From the NCBI GenBank assembly GCA_041659065.1, contig JBAZYY010000007.1, positions 863 to 64,862 of the forward strand: 64,000 nt of DNA. Reading direction: 5' to 3'. Both the position numbers and the translations under genes were made by a program. Position 1 is the first letter of the stretch; each line of letters starts with the position of its first letter. Positions 7,414 to 17,443 of this stretch are shown one piece after another. Below the pieces are notes generated by a model, which was given only the letters and a program-made list of their open reading frames with translations, did no database searches and had not been told where the DNA came from. This DNA comes from Parcubacteria group bacterium (GTDB taxonomy: Bacteria > Patescibacteriota > Minisyncoccia > Moranbacterales > UBA11712).

Positions 7414-8757
7414 TTATTTTTTTGATTCCGTTTTCTTGCCTTTTTTTGTTGCGTTTTTGGTTTTTCCTTCGTCAGTTTTTTTATCAGTATTTTTGACCGG
7501 CGCCTGTTCGTCTTTTTCAACTATTTCCGTCGTTTCTTCGGTTGCTTTTTCATTCTCAACCTCTTCGGTTTCTTTCTCTTTATTTTCCGCCGTAATTACA
7601 TCAATTTTCCAACCAGTGAGTTTTGCTGCCAATCGCACATTTTGTCCTTGTTTACCGATGGCAAGCGACAATTGGTCGGAGGGAACTGTAACGCGTGCCT
7701 CCTTTTTGGACTCGATAATTTTAACGTTCAGAACCTTGGCCGGAGAAAGTGCGTTGGAAATGAATTTAGCAACGTCATCATTCCACTCAATAATGTCAAT
7801 CTTCTCTCCTCCGAGTTCGTCTATTACCGCTTGGACACGAGTTCCTTTCTGGCCAACGCAAGATCCGATTGGGTCAATCCCCTCTTCATTTGAGGACACG
7901 GCAATTTTTGTGCGCGAGCCTGCCTCTCTTGCCATGGCTTTTATTTCAACTGTTCCTGCGAATATCTCTGGAACTTCAATCTCGAAAAGTTTTTGGACTA
8001 AATTCGGGTGAGTCCGGCTTAGCACGATACCAGGGCCCTTAGGATCAGCTTCGACTTTCATTACATATACTTTGAGCCGTTGTCCCAGTCGGTATCTTTC
8101 GCCGTCCACCTGCTCAGAGGGGAAAAGAACTCCTGTTGATTTGCCGAGATCTACAAAAACATTGCGGCCTTCAATTCGCTGGATTACGCCGCTTACAATC
8201 TCGCCTTCTTTTTGTTTGTATTCATCATACATCGCATCCCGTTCAGCTTCTCTGATTTTTTGAATAATCACTTGCTTGGCTGTTTGAGCGGCAACTCTTC
8301 CGTAGTCACTGCGTTCCTCTAATTTTTCTTCAATAATATCTCCAACTTTAGCGTCTAGTTTAACCTTTACAGCCTCTTCAAGCAGGATATCTCTCTCTGG
8401 ATTGTAGCGGGGAATTTTTTCCTGGTCGTCTTCGAGCGTCGATTCAGACTTGGCCTGTTCTGCTTCCTCCGTTTCATCCACGTTTTCAAAAATTCTGGTT
8501 GTTTCATCAACTACTTCTTTGACTAAGTAAAAATCAGCGCCTCCCGTAATTTCATTAAATTCAGCTCTAATGTGTTGCCCTTTTCTGCCGTAGTCTTTTT
8601 TATAAGCGGCAGACAAGGCTGACTCTATCGCCTCAACGACTTTGTCCTTTGAGATTCCCTTTTCCTCGCATATTTGAGCGATTGCGCTGCCGAATTGTCC
8701 TAGGCGGCCAGTTTGCGCATCTTCAGTTTGGGAAACTGTCTTTTTTTTCTTTGCCAT
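7414..8757 (-). CDS. nusA: transcription termination/antitermination factor NusA with Lys/Glu-rich C-terminal tail
   Basis: N-terminal domain, S1 domain (IVSGVIQRIEGRNVFVDLGK) and two KH domains (GSCVGQKGTRVQAVIDELGGEKIDII; LAIGKQGQNVRLAAKLTGWKIDV). Confidence 0.9.
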   Translation of the reverse strand: MAKKKKTVSQTEDAQTGRLGQFGSAIAQICEEKGISKDKVVEAIESALSAAYKKDYGRKGQHIRAEFNEITGGADFYLVKEVVDETTRIFENVDETEEAEQAKSESTLEDDQEKIPRYNPERDILLEEAVKVKLDAKVGDIIEEKLEERSDYGRVAAQTAKQVIIQKIREAERDAMYDEYKQKEGEIVSGVIQRIEGRNVFVDLGKSTGVLFPSEQVDGERYRLGQRLKVYVMKVEADPKGPGIVLSRTHPNLVQKLFEIEVPEIFAGTVEIKAMAREAGSRTKIAVSSNEEGIDPIGSCVGQKGTRVQAVIDELGGEKIDIIEWNDDVAKFISNALSPAKVLNVKIIESKKEARVTVPSDQLSLAIGKQGQNVRLAAKLTGWKIDVITAENKEKETEEVENEKATEETTEIVEKDEQAPVKNTDKKTDEGKTKNATKKGKKTESKK

Positions 8758-8965
8758 GATGATAAATTAAAATGTAAATATAAAATGCTTTGAATACTAA
8801 ACTTGTTTTAATATTGGCATTTTGATTTTTGCCGGCCTTGGTGGGCCTCATCTCCGGTGGGATTTTGATTTAAAAAGAGCCCGATCGCTCGGACATCAAG
8901 ATCATTTACCAGAAACCTAACTGTAATTTAATGCAAAAATGAATATTTGTCAAATCAAGAAGATA

Positions 8966-8998
8966 AAAACCCCCGCTCTATGCGAGCGAGGGTTTTTG
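8966..8998 (-). terminator. rho-independent terminator after the 870-aa membrane protein gene
   Basis: Minus strand reads aaaaaccctcgctcgcatagagcgggggtttttat, an imperfect GC hairpin followed by T-run. Confidence 0.45.
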
Positions 8999-9007
8999 AG
9001 AGCTAAT

Positions 9008-11620
9008 CTATGGGGCAGGATTCGGACCAGGTTGATTTTGATCATTCTGAATTGGAGTTTCTGGCGGCAAAGGAGCTTGTTCCCGTTGGATAGAATTCTG
9101 ATCTTGCTGCTGGTTTCCAGCGGCCTGCTGATTTACCTGATCTTCTTCAAGTCCATCCAGAGCCTTCTTCCCCGCTTCCAAGTTTGCTACAATCTTTTTC
9201 ACGTCTTGGTTGTCAGGGTTGAGCTCGACAACTTTTTTGAACTGCTCCAAGGCTTTTTGTTTGTCGCCTTGCTTGTCGTAGATAAGTCCCAGAAAATAAC
9301 GAGCATTGGAATAATTATCGGCTAACTTAACGGCGGATTCCAATTCAATCCGTGCATTGTCATATTGCCCATTTTTGTAATACAGAACGCCCAGTTGGAA
9401 GATCAGGCCGGCATCAGTAGGATTGATTTTTTTGCTTTCTTCGAGTTTGGCAATAGCTTGGTCAATTTCTCCAAGTCGATCCAGTACGACAGCTATCATA
9501 AATTGGGCTGGCAGATAATTGCTTTTTAGCTCGGCTGCCTTTTCAAAATTTTGCTTAGCCAAAGTCAGATCTTCTTTAGCTTTATCGGGCAATTGGGCCT
9601 GACTGTTCTTTTGGGATTGCTGTGAAGCAGCCTTGGCAGTTTCTATGTCGCCCATCGTGACATAGATTTGACCTAGCTGATAATAAATAGATGGGTTGCT
9701 TGAATCGTAATTCAAGGCTTCTTTGTAGGCTTTAATTGCGCTTTCGTCAGCGCCGTCTTTTGACCCGATCACGTTTTGGTTGATTTGGGCGAGCTGGACT
9801 AGATTATCTGGATTTTTTGGATTAAGGCTAATAGCTGCATCGGCTTGTTGCTCGGCCGCGAAGTAAAGATTGCTGATTGCGGCGCGATCTTCCTCGTTCA
9901 GATTAGCCAGGCCTTTCTCGGACACTTTTTGATTCAAGAGCGCGAATAAAGCAACGGACAAATTACGGTGATATAGATCTCGGGATGGGTCCAAATCTGT
10001 CACTCGGCCCAGCTTTCCCACTAAATCCTCAAGGTTTGCGCCCGCGGAATCGCTGGCCAAAGCGTTATTATATACCTTAGCTGCGACATACTTTTGTCCA
10101 TCCAGGAAGATAATGGAAATGAATCCCACAATAATCAAAACGAAAACAAAAGAGAGAATCAACGAAACGCGAGGCGAGGAGGTTTCGCTGATGAGTTCTT
10201 GCTTTTTTTGGAAAACCACAGAAGCAAGCACCACAAACCCTGCCGTCATCAGCCACCAAAGAAAATCAGATGTAATATTGGATGGGTAGAAAAATAGTAA
10301 GATTGTGAGGTATATCCACGCGGAGGTTATCCCAATAAGGGTATATACACCCTCTTCGCTTTTTCCAAAAATTTTTACCATTGAGGAAAAAATGTAAATT
10401 AGCATGGAACCGATTAGAAACAAAAAGGCTGCTGCCCCTAGAAGACCTATAGAAGTTACCAGTGTGAGAAAACGACTGGAAGCTTCATTGAATCTAACTG
10501 ACCAAAAATTTGTCAGGTTAATTTCACTTGGCTTTCCATTTAAGTACGATAGGTCGTAGTTAGAAAGGCCGGAACCTAGGAGCGCGTGATCTTTGAGGTT
10601 TGATTTTACTACGTCAAAGGAGGCGCTTTGCGAAAGTCCAATTTCGACCGGGAGCTGAATTTTTACAATTGAGCCATTTTTTCCTATGAGAATTGTAAGC
10701 AAGACTAGAGTAAGGACAACCATGGGGAAAACTAAAATCCTATTTTTCTCTTGGCTGCCACTAGTGATAATAGCTAAGCCTAGGAGTACCGCCATGCCGA
10801 TCAAAAAAACTATCAAAGTTGTAATGAAATTTATGGCTACTAAAACGAATAGAAAAACAAGGCAGAAAATAATCAGAGCTACTCTCAAAATTGGTGACTT
10901 TTTGTCCAGAATCAATGCAATTGTGAGGATCAGTACCGCGCCGATAAAGGCAGAAAAAGCATAAACAGAGCCGACGGTGTTAAACGAGTTTTGCGCCAAC
11001 GCCGGATTCTTAAAGAAAAACTTGCCGGTCATCTGAAAGATAGCAAAGAGCGAAGCGAGGAATGAGGATGCTGTCAGAATCAGAACTAAATTGGAAATTT
11101 TTTCCCGTGTCTTGAAGTTATTGATGATAACCAAAAACGTAGCCACCAAGGCAATAAAAGTAGCCAGGGATAGGCCTTCAGTGCCAAAATTGCCCCACAT
11201 GCTTTGGTCGCGATAAACCGATAACGCCGTGCTTAGACCAGTAATGATGAGCAGTAGGAGTACTGGCACAAGGAGAAAATTTTTGGCGATTCTAATGCGG
11301 CCCTCCCAAGCCAATTTCCCAATCCAGGCTAAAAATGCAATACCACCCACGATTACCAGCAACAATTGCTTGTTTAACTCAAGGATGCTTGGGACGCCAG
11401 GTAAAAAGAATAAGGGGACCAAAAAAGTTAACAGATATATTGCTCCAACAATAATCCAATCGATAATTTTTGGGGCAATAACGGGTTTTCGAAACCCCTC
11501 ATCTGGGAGTTTTTGGCTCCCGCTATTTTCCGGTCTGGAATCGGTAATTCTTCTCGGAGGGATGCCCATCGAAGGTCTTTTGGGTATGGCTGCTTCGTCG
11601 CGGCGCAGTTCAATTTTCAT
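9008..11620 (-). CDS. polytopic membrane protein (~12 TM, O-antigen ligase/Wzy-like by architecture) with C-terminal TPR repeats and a Gln/Pro-rich tail
   Basis: Hydrophobic N-terminal ~480 aa. C-terminal TPR-like repeats (YYQLGQIYVTMGDIETA..., YFLGLIYDKQGDKQKALEQF...). 870 aa. Confidence 0.55.
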   Translation of the reverse strand: MKIELRRDEAAIPKRPSMGIPPRRITDSRPENSGSQKLPDEGFRKPVIAPKIIDWIIVGAIYLLTFLVPLFFLPGVPSILELNKQLLLVIVGGIAFLAWIGKLAWEGRIRIAKNFLLVPVLLLLIITGLSTALSVYRDQSMWGNFGTEGLSLATFIALVATFLVIINNFKTREKISNLVLILTASSFLASLFAIFQMTGKFFFKNPALAQNSFNTVGSVYAFSAFIGAVLILTIALILDKKSPILRVALIIFCLVFLFVLVAINFITTLIVFLIGMAVLLGLAIITSGSQEKNRILVFPMVVLTLVLLTILIGKNGSIVKIQLPVEIGLSQSASFDVVKSNLKDHALLGSGLSNYDLSYLNGKPSEINLTNFWSVRFNEASSRFLTLVTSIGLLGAAAFLFLIGSMLIYIFSSMVKIFGKSEEGVYTLIGITSAWIYLTILLFFYPSNITSDFLWWLMTAGFVVLASVVFQKKQELISETSSPRVSLILSFVFVLIIVGFISIIFLDGQKYVAAKVYNNALASDSAGANLEDLVGKLGRVTDLDPSRDLYHRNLSVALFALLNQKVSEKGLANLNEEDRAAISNLYFAAEQQADAAISLNPKNPDNLVQLAQINQNVIGSKDGADESAIKAYKEALNYDSSNPSIYYQLGQIYVTMGDIETAKAASQQSQKNSQAQLPDKAKEDLTLAKQNFEKAAELKSNYLPAQFMIAVVLDRLGEIDQAIAKLEESKKINPTDAGLIFQLGVLYYKNGQYDNARIELESAVKLADNYSNARYFLGLIYDKQGDKQKALEQFKKVVELNPDNQDVKKIVANLEAGKKALDGLEEDQVNQQAAGNQQQDQNSIQREQAPLPPETPIQNDQNQPGPNPAP

Positions 11621-11833
11621 TTTAGTATTTTTTAGTTATTATAATATTTTATGAAAAAACCAAATTAATACCCCGCAAAATTGCGTTAGGGTCATTTGTA
11701 TTTGGAAAGCGTTCTGTTTGTGTTTTGACCCGTGCAATTTAGCGGGGGCTTGTGTTTAAATTATAGCAGAATAGCTGGCTTTGTCTATGAAAGGCGCTGC
11801 TTTTAAATTGAAATGAATAATTTGCGCTTTTAA

Positions 11834-13336
11834 TTAGGAAATGCTCTCAAAGAAATGAGAATCAAGTCCTGTCTTTGATAGAGTTATCCCCAGAGCAAAA
11901 GTGATAAGTCCAATTTTGATGTCCCAAAAATAATGATCAAAGAGCAGGATAAAAGTGAATGATATTATAATACAATAAAAGACTATATCAGTCAATGACA
12001 TATTTTTTTTAGAGGAAGTAATGAGATATATCAAAAATAGCAGAAAAAGAATAAATCCGATTGCACCAAGTTCCCCGAATATTAAAATAAAAGAATTATG
12101 CTCTGGTTGATATTGCCAACCCTCCATGTTTGGATAGAGTTTATATTCATTAATTACAAATTGGCCAATTCCAACGCCGTGTAGAGGGTGGCTATAAATT
12201 GTTTCATGTGAAACATTTTCAAACACTTTCCTTTCTTCGAGCGTTTGACTTGAGAATATTGAAGAATGTTTATTCAAAAAGTTGATCGCTGGTATTGACA
12301 GCGTAATAAGCAGTATTAAGGTCGGTATAAAAATTGAAGCCATCTGTTTTATGCGATTCACGTGAAACGCATAAAATATCAACCCAAATACCAAGCCGAG
12401 GATGGCTGATCTAGAAAAAGTGACTCCCAATCCAGCGAGATTGATCAGCAGCAAAATGCTTAACACAGATTTGGATTTAGGAAGGAAATTTGTTTCATGT
12501 GAAATGGTAGTATTTTTTTCAGTTCTTAGCCAGCTGCTGGATAACCATTTATCATTCGTTGAGTATTCTCTAAACCTGGAAATACTCACGAATCTTCCAA
12601 AAATAACAAATATTGGAATCAAAAGGAATCCAGCTAAAATATTTGGATGAGGAAAAGTTCCATAGGCTCGAATATGTTTTGCACCATCGATAATAATTTT
12701 TGCTACACCAGAAGTTTCATATGAAACATAGCTTTCGCCAATCACGGAAAGACCAATAGAATGTCCCATGATGAATTGGATAATTCCAAGCATTGATTGA
12801 ACTGTTCCATTGAATAATAAAAAATAAATGTAGTAGCGCAAATAAGTTGGGTTATTTTTCTGGATCCAGTAAATGATGGAAAAGAACGCTATGACTTCAA
12901 ATAAGGAAAGGATTCGATATAAAGCAACTGGAAAGTAAATCGACCAGAAAATTGAAATAAAGCACCAACACAAAAACAGAAACAGAAAAAATGTTTCATG
13001 TGAAATATTGCGCAGGCGGGAAAACATTGACAATACTATAAATTTGTGTTGTCGTAAAATATTGGGGCAGCTAAATTTTGAAGTTGCTGAATAAGCATTT
13101 TCATATTGGTATGACAGCTGCTTCACTAAGAATATGACAATAGTCGAGAGCATCAAAATATCTGCCCAGCTAAAACTAAAACTGCCGTATTCATTAAACG
13201 ATCCGTTGAGATAAGAAAAAGGCGTAAGAAATACTTTCCTTATATTGAGGGTGAAAGATAAGAAAAATAGAGAAATCAGGATATGCTCCGCATTATCCCA
13301 AAATAAAAACAGATATTTTCTAGCGAATGATTTCAT
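11834..13336 (-). CDS. polytopic integral membrane protein, function unknown, possibly a Wzy or glycosyltransferase-like polymerase
   Basis: 500 aa, more than 10 predicted TM helices, no soluble motif recognised. Adjacent to the TPR-membrane protein. Confidence 0.45.
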   Translation of the reverse strand: MKSFARKYLFLFWDNAEHILISLFFLSFTLNIRKVFLTPFSYLNGSFNEYGSFSFSWADILMLSTIVIFLVKQLSYQYENAYSATSKFSCPNILRQHKFIVLSMFSRLRNISHETFFLFLFLCWCFISIFWSIYFPVALYRILSLFEVIAFFSIIYWIQKNNPTYLRYYIYFLLFNGTVQSMLGIIQFIMGHSIGLSVIGESYVSYETSGVAKIIIDGAKHIRAYGTFPHPNILAGFLLIPIFVIFGRFVSISRFREYSTNDKWLSSSWLRTEKNTTISHETNFLPKSKSVLSILLLINLAGLGVTFSRSAILGLVFGLIFYAFHVNRIKQMASIFIPTLILLITLSIPAINFLNKHSSIFSSQTLEERKVFENVSHETIYSHPLHGVGIGQFVINEYKLYPNMEGWQYQPEHNSFILIFGELGAIGFILFLLFLIYLITSSKKNMSLTDIVFYCIIISFTFILLFDHYFWDIKIGLITFALGITLSKTGLDSHFFESIS

Positions 13337-13459
13337 GAAAATAGTCTAACATAACATCCAAATATGCATAATTGACTTGGTAGTGAAATATACATATCAT
13401 GAAAGATGTGCGGGTTATCAATCTCGGGCAAGACTGTAAATTCATTCGGCGTAACAAAT

Positions 13460-13532
13460 GGGGATATAGCTCAGTTGGTAGAGCGCTTCCATGGCATGGA
13501 AGAGGTCTGGGGTTCGAATCCCCATATCTCCA
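13460..13532 (+). tRNA. tRNA-Ala(GGC), with CCA encoded at 13533-13535
   Basis: GGGGATATAGCTCAGTTGGTAGAGCGCTTCCATGGCATGGAAGAGGTCTGGGGTTCGAATCCCCATATCTCCA plus CCA. G3:U70 wobble pair is present. Confidence 0.85.
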
Positions 13533-13536
13533 CCAA

Positions 13537-13848
13537 ATGCAAAGTAAAAAATTTCAAAGAAAGAAAGAAGACTTTATTTGCGCAATATGTGGGGCAGCTA
13601 TCTGTGGTGATGGGTATACGGATCATTGCCCTAACTGTCTGTGGGGAAAGCATGTTGACATAAATCCGGGAGATCGGAAAGCAAAATGCGGCGGCCGAAT
13701 GAGGCCAGTAAAAATTGAAGAAAAATCGGGGAAAATATTGATTCTGTATATATGTGAAAAATGCGGACATAAGTACAGGGTTAAAAAGGCCGAAGAGGAC
13801 GATATGGATAAGATAATAGAAATAATGTCGAATGTGGCAACTTTGTAA
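13537..13848 (+). CDS. RNHCP-domain zinc-ribbon protein. ORF-track ORFs 13399.. and 13406.. overlap the tRNA upstream and are spurious in that part.
   Basis: CAICGAAICGDGYTDHCPNCLWGKH...CGGRMRPV...CEKCGH contains the HCP motif with four Cys pairs. ATG sits 5 nt after the tRNA CCA. Confidence 0.5.
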   Translation: MQSKKFQRKKEDFICAICGAAICGDGYTDHCPNCLWGKHVDINPGDRKAKCGGRMRPVKIEEKSGKILILYICEKCGHKYRVKKAEEDDMDKIIEIMSNVATL

Positions 13849-13869
13849 TAAGGAAATAATTTTATTGAT

Positions 13870-14577
13870 TTGATGAATGTCGCTGTAATATTGGCATCCG
13901 GTAAGGGGGAGAGAATGCGTGCCAAGAAAAATAAAGTCCTTTTGGATATAGAAGATGAGCCAATCGTAAGCTATTCGGCATGTATTTTCAATAAACATCA
14001 GGCGATTGAGGAAATTATAATAGTTTGCTTAAATAAGGAATTGAATATTTTTCAGGATCTGGCAAAATCGTATAAATTTAACAAAGTAAGCGCTATTATC
14101 GAAGGCGGGAAGGAGAGGCAAGATTCGGCATTCAATGCCGTGAAATATTTAAAGAAGAAATTTGGCGAAAAACAAGGTGTATATGTACTTTTCCATAATG
14201 CGGCAAACCCGTTTGTAAGTGAAAAAGAAATTACTGACGCAATATCCGCGGCTAAAAAATACGGGGCATGCGCTGTCGCGCACCCAGCCAAGGATACCAT
14301 TAAATTTGTTAAGGATGATGGAATAGTAAAGGAGACATTGGATAGATCAAAGCTTTGGAATATGCAAACGCCCCAAGTCATTGAGCTGCAGCTAGCTTTT
14401 GAAGCTTTTTCTCGAGCTAAGTCAGACAATTTTATGGGAACGGATGATGTATCTCTCGTGGAAAGGTTAGGCAAACCAGTGAAGATTGCTGAAGCCTCTC
14501 AGAATAACTTCAAGATAACAACGCCTCTCGATCTTGAGCTGGCAAAAATTATTTTTAGGAAAAGAAAAAATGTTTAG
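13870..14577 (+). CDS. ispD: 2-C-methyl-D-erythritol 4-phosphate cytidylyltransferase
   Basis: VAVILASGKGERMRAKKNKVLLDI...GGKERQDSAFNAV... is the IspD fold. Confidence 0.85.
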   Translation: MMNVAVILASGKGERMRAKKNKVLLDIEDEPIVSYSACIFNKHQAIEEIIIVCLNKELNIFQDLAKSYKFNKVSAIIEGGKERQDSAFNAVKYLKKKFGEKQGVYVLFHNAANPFVSEKEITDAISAAKKYGACAVAHPAKDTIKFVKDDGIVKETLDRSKLWNMQTPQVIELQLAFEAFSRAKSDNFMGTDDVSLVERLGKPVKIAEASQNNFKITTPLDLELAKIIFRKRKNV

Positions 14578-15049
14578 AGTTGGTTTTGGGCAAGACTCCC
14601 ATCGTTTCTCAGATGATAAAAATAGACTCTTGACCCTTGGTGGAATCAAAATTGAGGGCGAAGTGGGACTTTTGGGGAACTCAGATGGGGATGTTATAAT
14701 TCATGCTATCTGCCGCGCTATCGAACAGGCTATTGGTGGAGAATCGTTTTCAGTTTATGCTGACAAGAAATGCGGAGCGGGGATATTGGACAGTAAAAAA
14801 TATCTTGAGATATCCCTGGAGAATGCCAAGCAGAAAGGTTATTCAATAAATAATCTCGGGATCAGCATCGAAGCCCGGAAGCCTAGAGTTGACTTAATTG
14901 CAGCGGAGATGAAAAGAACCTTGGCAAAAATTATGAATATCGAGTTGAGCCGGATCGGGATTAGCGCAACCTCGGGAGAAAATCTGACACCTTTTGGAAA
15001 AGGGGAAGGTATTCAAGCCTTTGCAATTATTAGCCTAATCAAGAAATGA
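14570..15049 (+). CDS. ispF: 2-C-methyl-D-erythritol 2,4-cyclodiphosphate synthase. Overlaps the ispD stop by 8 nt. The ORF track starts at 14534.
   Basis: FRVGFGQDSHRF...GNSDGDVIIHAICRAIEQAIG. Confidence 0.85.
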   Translation: MFRVGFGQDSHRFSDDKNRLLTLGGIKIEGEVGLLGNSDGDVIIHAICRAIEQAIGGESFSVYADKKCGAGILDSKKYLEISLENAKQKGYSINNLGISIEARKPRVDLIAAEMKRTLAKIMNIELSRIGISATSGENLTPFGKGEGIQAFAIISLIKK

Positions 15050-15918
15050 AAAAGTACAACTTAAAAGCACCTGCTAAAATAAACTTAACTCTTGAAGTTC
15101 TGAAAAAGTTAGCAAATGGCTACCATGAGCTTCGATCGGCCATGATGAAATTGGATCGACTTTATGACGAGATAGAACTTGAAATCGGTGATGATATGAA
15201 AGAAATTAAGATCGAAACGGATTCTTCAGAAATACCAGTCGATGAAAAAAATACATGCTACAAGGCGGCAAAAATATTTTTCAAGAATGCCGGGAAGAAG
15301 GCGGGCGTAAAAATTTTTATCAAAAAGAATATTCCAGTTGGCGCGGGCCTGGGCGGAGGGAGTTCCGACGCCGCGACAGTTCTTCGAACTTTGAACTCGC
15401 ATTTTGGGAATCCCCTGTCGAAAGAAAAACTGATCAAGCTTGGAGCGCAAGTAGGCAAGGATGTGCCATTCTTCGTCCAGCCATATCAATTTGCGAAAGT
15501 ATCGGGTATGGGAGAAAAACTCGAATCGGTAAAAGTGGAACTGAAGGTAAATGTTCTTCTAGTTAATCCGAGAGTGGCCGTTTCGACAAAATGGGCTTTC
15601 GAAAAATTTTCTACGATCTTGGTAAGAGGGAATAAAAAAATAAATAATCTTTCAGAGATGATGGCAAACTATGTCGCGTCAGGCAATTTTTTCGACATTT
15701 GCGGAAGTCTTTATAACGATTTTGAAAGAGAAATAGAAAAGCACTTTCCGGTACTGACTGAGATCAAAGATATTTTAAAAAAACACGGGGCGAAAGGAGT
15801 CCTTATGAGCGGTTCCGGCTCGACAGTATTCGCGTTATTTTCAAGTAAAGAGGAATTAGTAACCGCAAAAGAAAATATTTCTAAATCGAATAAAGATTTT
15901 TTTATCGCAGCGGGTTAA
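15046..15918 (+). CDS. ispE: 4-diphosphocytidyl-2-C-methyl-D-erythritol kinase
   Basis: GHMP kinase motif IPVGAGLGGGSSDAA. N-terminal APAKINLTLEV. Confidence 0.85.
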   Translation: MKKYNLKAPAKINLTLEVLKKLANGYHELRSAMMKLDRLYDEIELEIGDDMKEIKIETDSSEIPVDEKNTCYKAAKIFFKNAGKKAGVKIFIKKNIPVGAGLGGGSSDAATVLRTLNSHFGNPLSKEKLIKLGAQVGKDVPFFVQPYQFAKVSGMGEKLESVKVELKVNVLLVNPRVAVSTKWAFEKFSTILVRGNKKINNLSEMMANYVASGNFFDICGSLYNDFEREIEKHFPVLTEIKDILKKHGAKGVLMSGSGSTVFALFSSKEELVTAKENISKSNKDFFIAAG

Positions 15919-15928
15919 GATATTAATT

Positions 15929-16000
15929 GTCCTCGTAGTTCAACGGATAGAACAGTGGCGTCCTAAGCCATTGATGTAGGTTCGATTCCTGCCGAGGACA
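15929..16000 (+). tRNA. tRNA-Arg(CCT)
   Basis: GTCCTCGTAGTTCAACGGATAGAACAGTGGCGTCCTAAGCCATTGATGTAGGTTCGATTCCTGCCGAGGACA. Confidence 0.85.
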
Positions 16001-16045
16001 CAATATACTAAAACTACTATTCGCCCTGGGCTATAAAAGCAGGTT

Positions 16046-16067
16046 CCTTGCCTGCCGGCAGGCAAGG
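16046..16067. repeat. perfect 22-nt GC-rich palindrome ccttgcctgccggcaggcaagg. Core TGCCGGCAGGCA recurs near 40670 and 40870.
   Basis: Sits 46 nt downstream of tRNA-Arg. Followed by ...GGGCACA..., as is the copy at 40870. Confidence 0.4.
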
Positions 16068-16150
16068 ATTCCCTCCAAGGGCACAATGTAAGTTAAAAAT
16101 TAAAAATGTCATGCCCTAGGCAGATCAGCCTTTGGCTGAAAAAGTTAAAA

Positions 16151-16666
16151 ATGGCTGAAAAGAAATCTCATACCCATAAATTTGTAGTCTGCTCAAATAT
16201 ATTTATCCGAAAAGGTGGCAAATATTTGATGATCAGGAGATCGGCGGATAGAAAATGGATGCCAAACCACGTACATACAGTTGGCGGAAAGATGAATCTG
16301 GATGAGAATCCATATGACTGCGCTCTGCGCGAGCTCAAAGAGGAAGCTGGGATAACCGCCAAGAACATTCAATTAGAAGTTGCCTATCACGAGATAGCTC
16401 CCTATAAAAAAGAATCTTGCAATTGGCTGGTCTTTTATTTTTCTGGGGAATATAAGTCTGGAAGAGTGAAGAATAAAATATCTGAAGGAGAATTAGTCTG
16501 GCTTACGCCAAGGGAGCTTCTGAAATCTAAATTGCACTCATCGATTAAATTTGTGATTAAGCATGTTTTAAGTAAAAAAACCGGACCGGTATTTGGAACT
16601 TTATATTACGACGACAAAAATACGGTAATAAAAAAGAAAAGCAAGCTAAATATTTGCGAGAAATAA
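16151..16666 (+). CDS. NUDIX hydrolase. The ORF track starts at 16106.
   Basis: Nudix box GGKMNLDENPYDCALRELKEEAGI. Confidence 0.7.
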   Translation: MAEKKSHTHKFVVCSNIFIRKGGKYLMIRRSADRKWMPNHVHTVGGKMNLDENPYDCALRELKEEAGITAKNIQLEVAYHEIAPYKKESCNWLVFYFSGEYKSGRVKNKISEGELVWLTPRELLKSKLHSSIKFVIKHVLSKKTGPVFGTLYYDDKNTVIKKKSKLNICEK

Positions 16667-16681
16667 ATATAAGAAAGGGAT

Positions 16682-17443
16682 ATGTTGCAGAAAAAAAATA
16701 TCATAGTTCGGAATTTGAATATCCAGTATTATCAAAGCGAGAGCATCGACAAGAATAATGCTCTTGTTTTTTTGCACGGCTGGGGATCGCACGCTTTGCA
16801 TTTTCGACATACGCTGGAGAAATGTGAAAATGTCGTGGCTGTCGATCTGCCGGGATTTGGCGGCAGTCAAGCGTCCCAAGCGCCATGGTCATTATCAGAT
16901 TATACGGATTTTATCCAGGAATTTCTGAAAAAAACAGATATTAAGAATCCAATTCTGGCGGGACATTCCCTGGGGGGAAGCATTGGAATAAAATATTGCG
17001 TGAAATACAATGATGTAAGAAAGCTGATATTAATTGGAAGCGCCGGGATTAGAAAAAAAACTGCGAAGAAATATTTTTATCTGGTTTTTGCAAAAATTTT
17101 TGGAATAATATTTTCACTGCCAGGGATTAAGACCTATAAAGAAAGAATTCGCCAGGGTTTTTACAAGGCAATTGATTCTGAAGATTATATTAACGCGGGC
17201 GCGCTTTCGGGCACATACCAGAAAATTATCAGTGAAGATATAAGGGAAGACATAAAAGCGGTGAATGTGCCTACTGTAATTATTTGGGGAGAGGATGATA
17301 AAGAGACCCCGCTAGAGGACGGGAAATTGATGAAGGAGCTTATCCGTGGGTCTAAATTGTATATTATCCCCGAAGCGGGGCATTATACATACCTCGACGA
17401 TGAAAAAGCTTTCGAAGAAATATTTTTATCAAGTTTAAAATAA
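16682..17443 (+). CDS. alpha/beta-fold hydrolase
   Basis: LVFLHGWGSHALHF, nucleophile elbow AGHSLGGSIG, C-terminal GHYTYLD. Confidence 0.7.
   Translation: MLQKKNIIVRNLNIQYYQSESIDKNNALVFLHGWGSHALHFRHTLEKCENVVAVDLPGFGGSQASQAPWSLSDYTDFIQEFLKKTDIKNPILAGHSLGGSIGIKYCVKYNDVRKLILIGSAGIRKKTAKKYFYLVFAKIFGIIFSLPGIKTYKERIRQGFYKAIDSEDYINAGALSGTYQKIISEDIREDIKAVNVPTVIIWGEDDKETPLEDGKLMKELIRGSKLYIIPEAGHYTYLDDEKAFEEIFLSSLK

Noticed and set aside
7436-8011. 191-aa plus-strand ORF rich in Ser/Phe/Val
   Set aside because: It is antisense to nusA and low-complexity, a typical shadow ORF of an AT-rich coding strand. The same applies to 6489..6974 (antisense to tig), 24742..25020 (antisense to ribH), 32618..32938 (antisense to the DUF883 gene) and 19203..19850 (antisense to ddl).
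13399-13663. ORF-track ORFs 13399..13848 (N-terminal part) and 13406..13663 on the plus strand
   Set aside because: They run straight through tRNA-Ala(GGC) at 13460..13535. Only the portion from the ATG at 13537 (the RNHCP zinc-ribbon protein) is a credible CDS.
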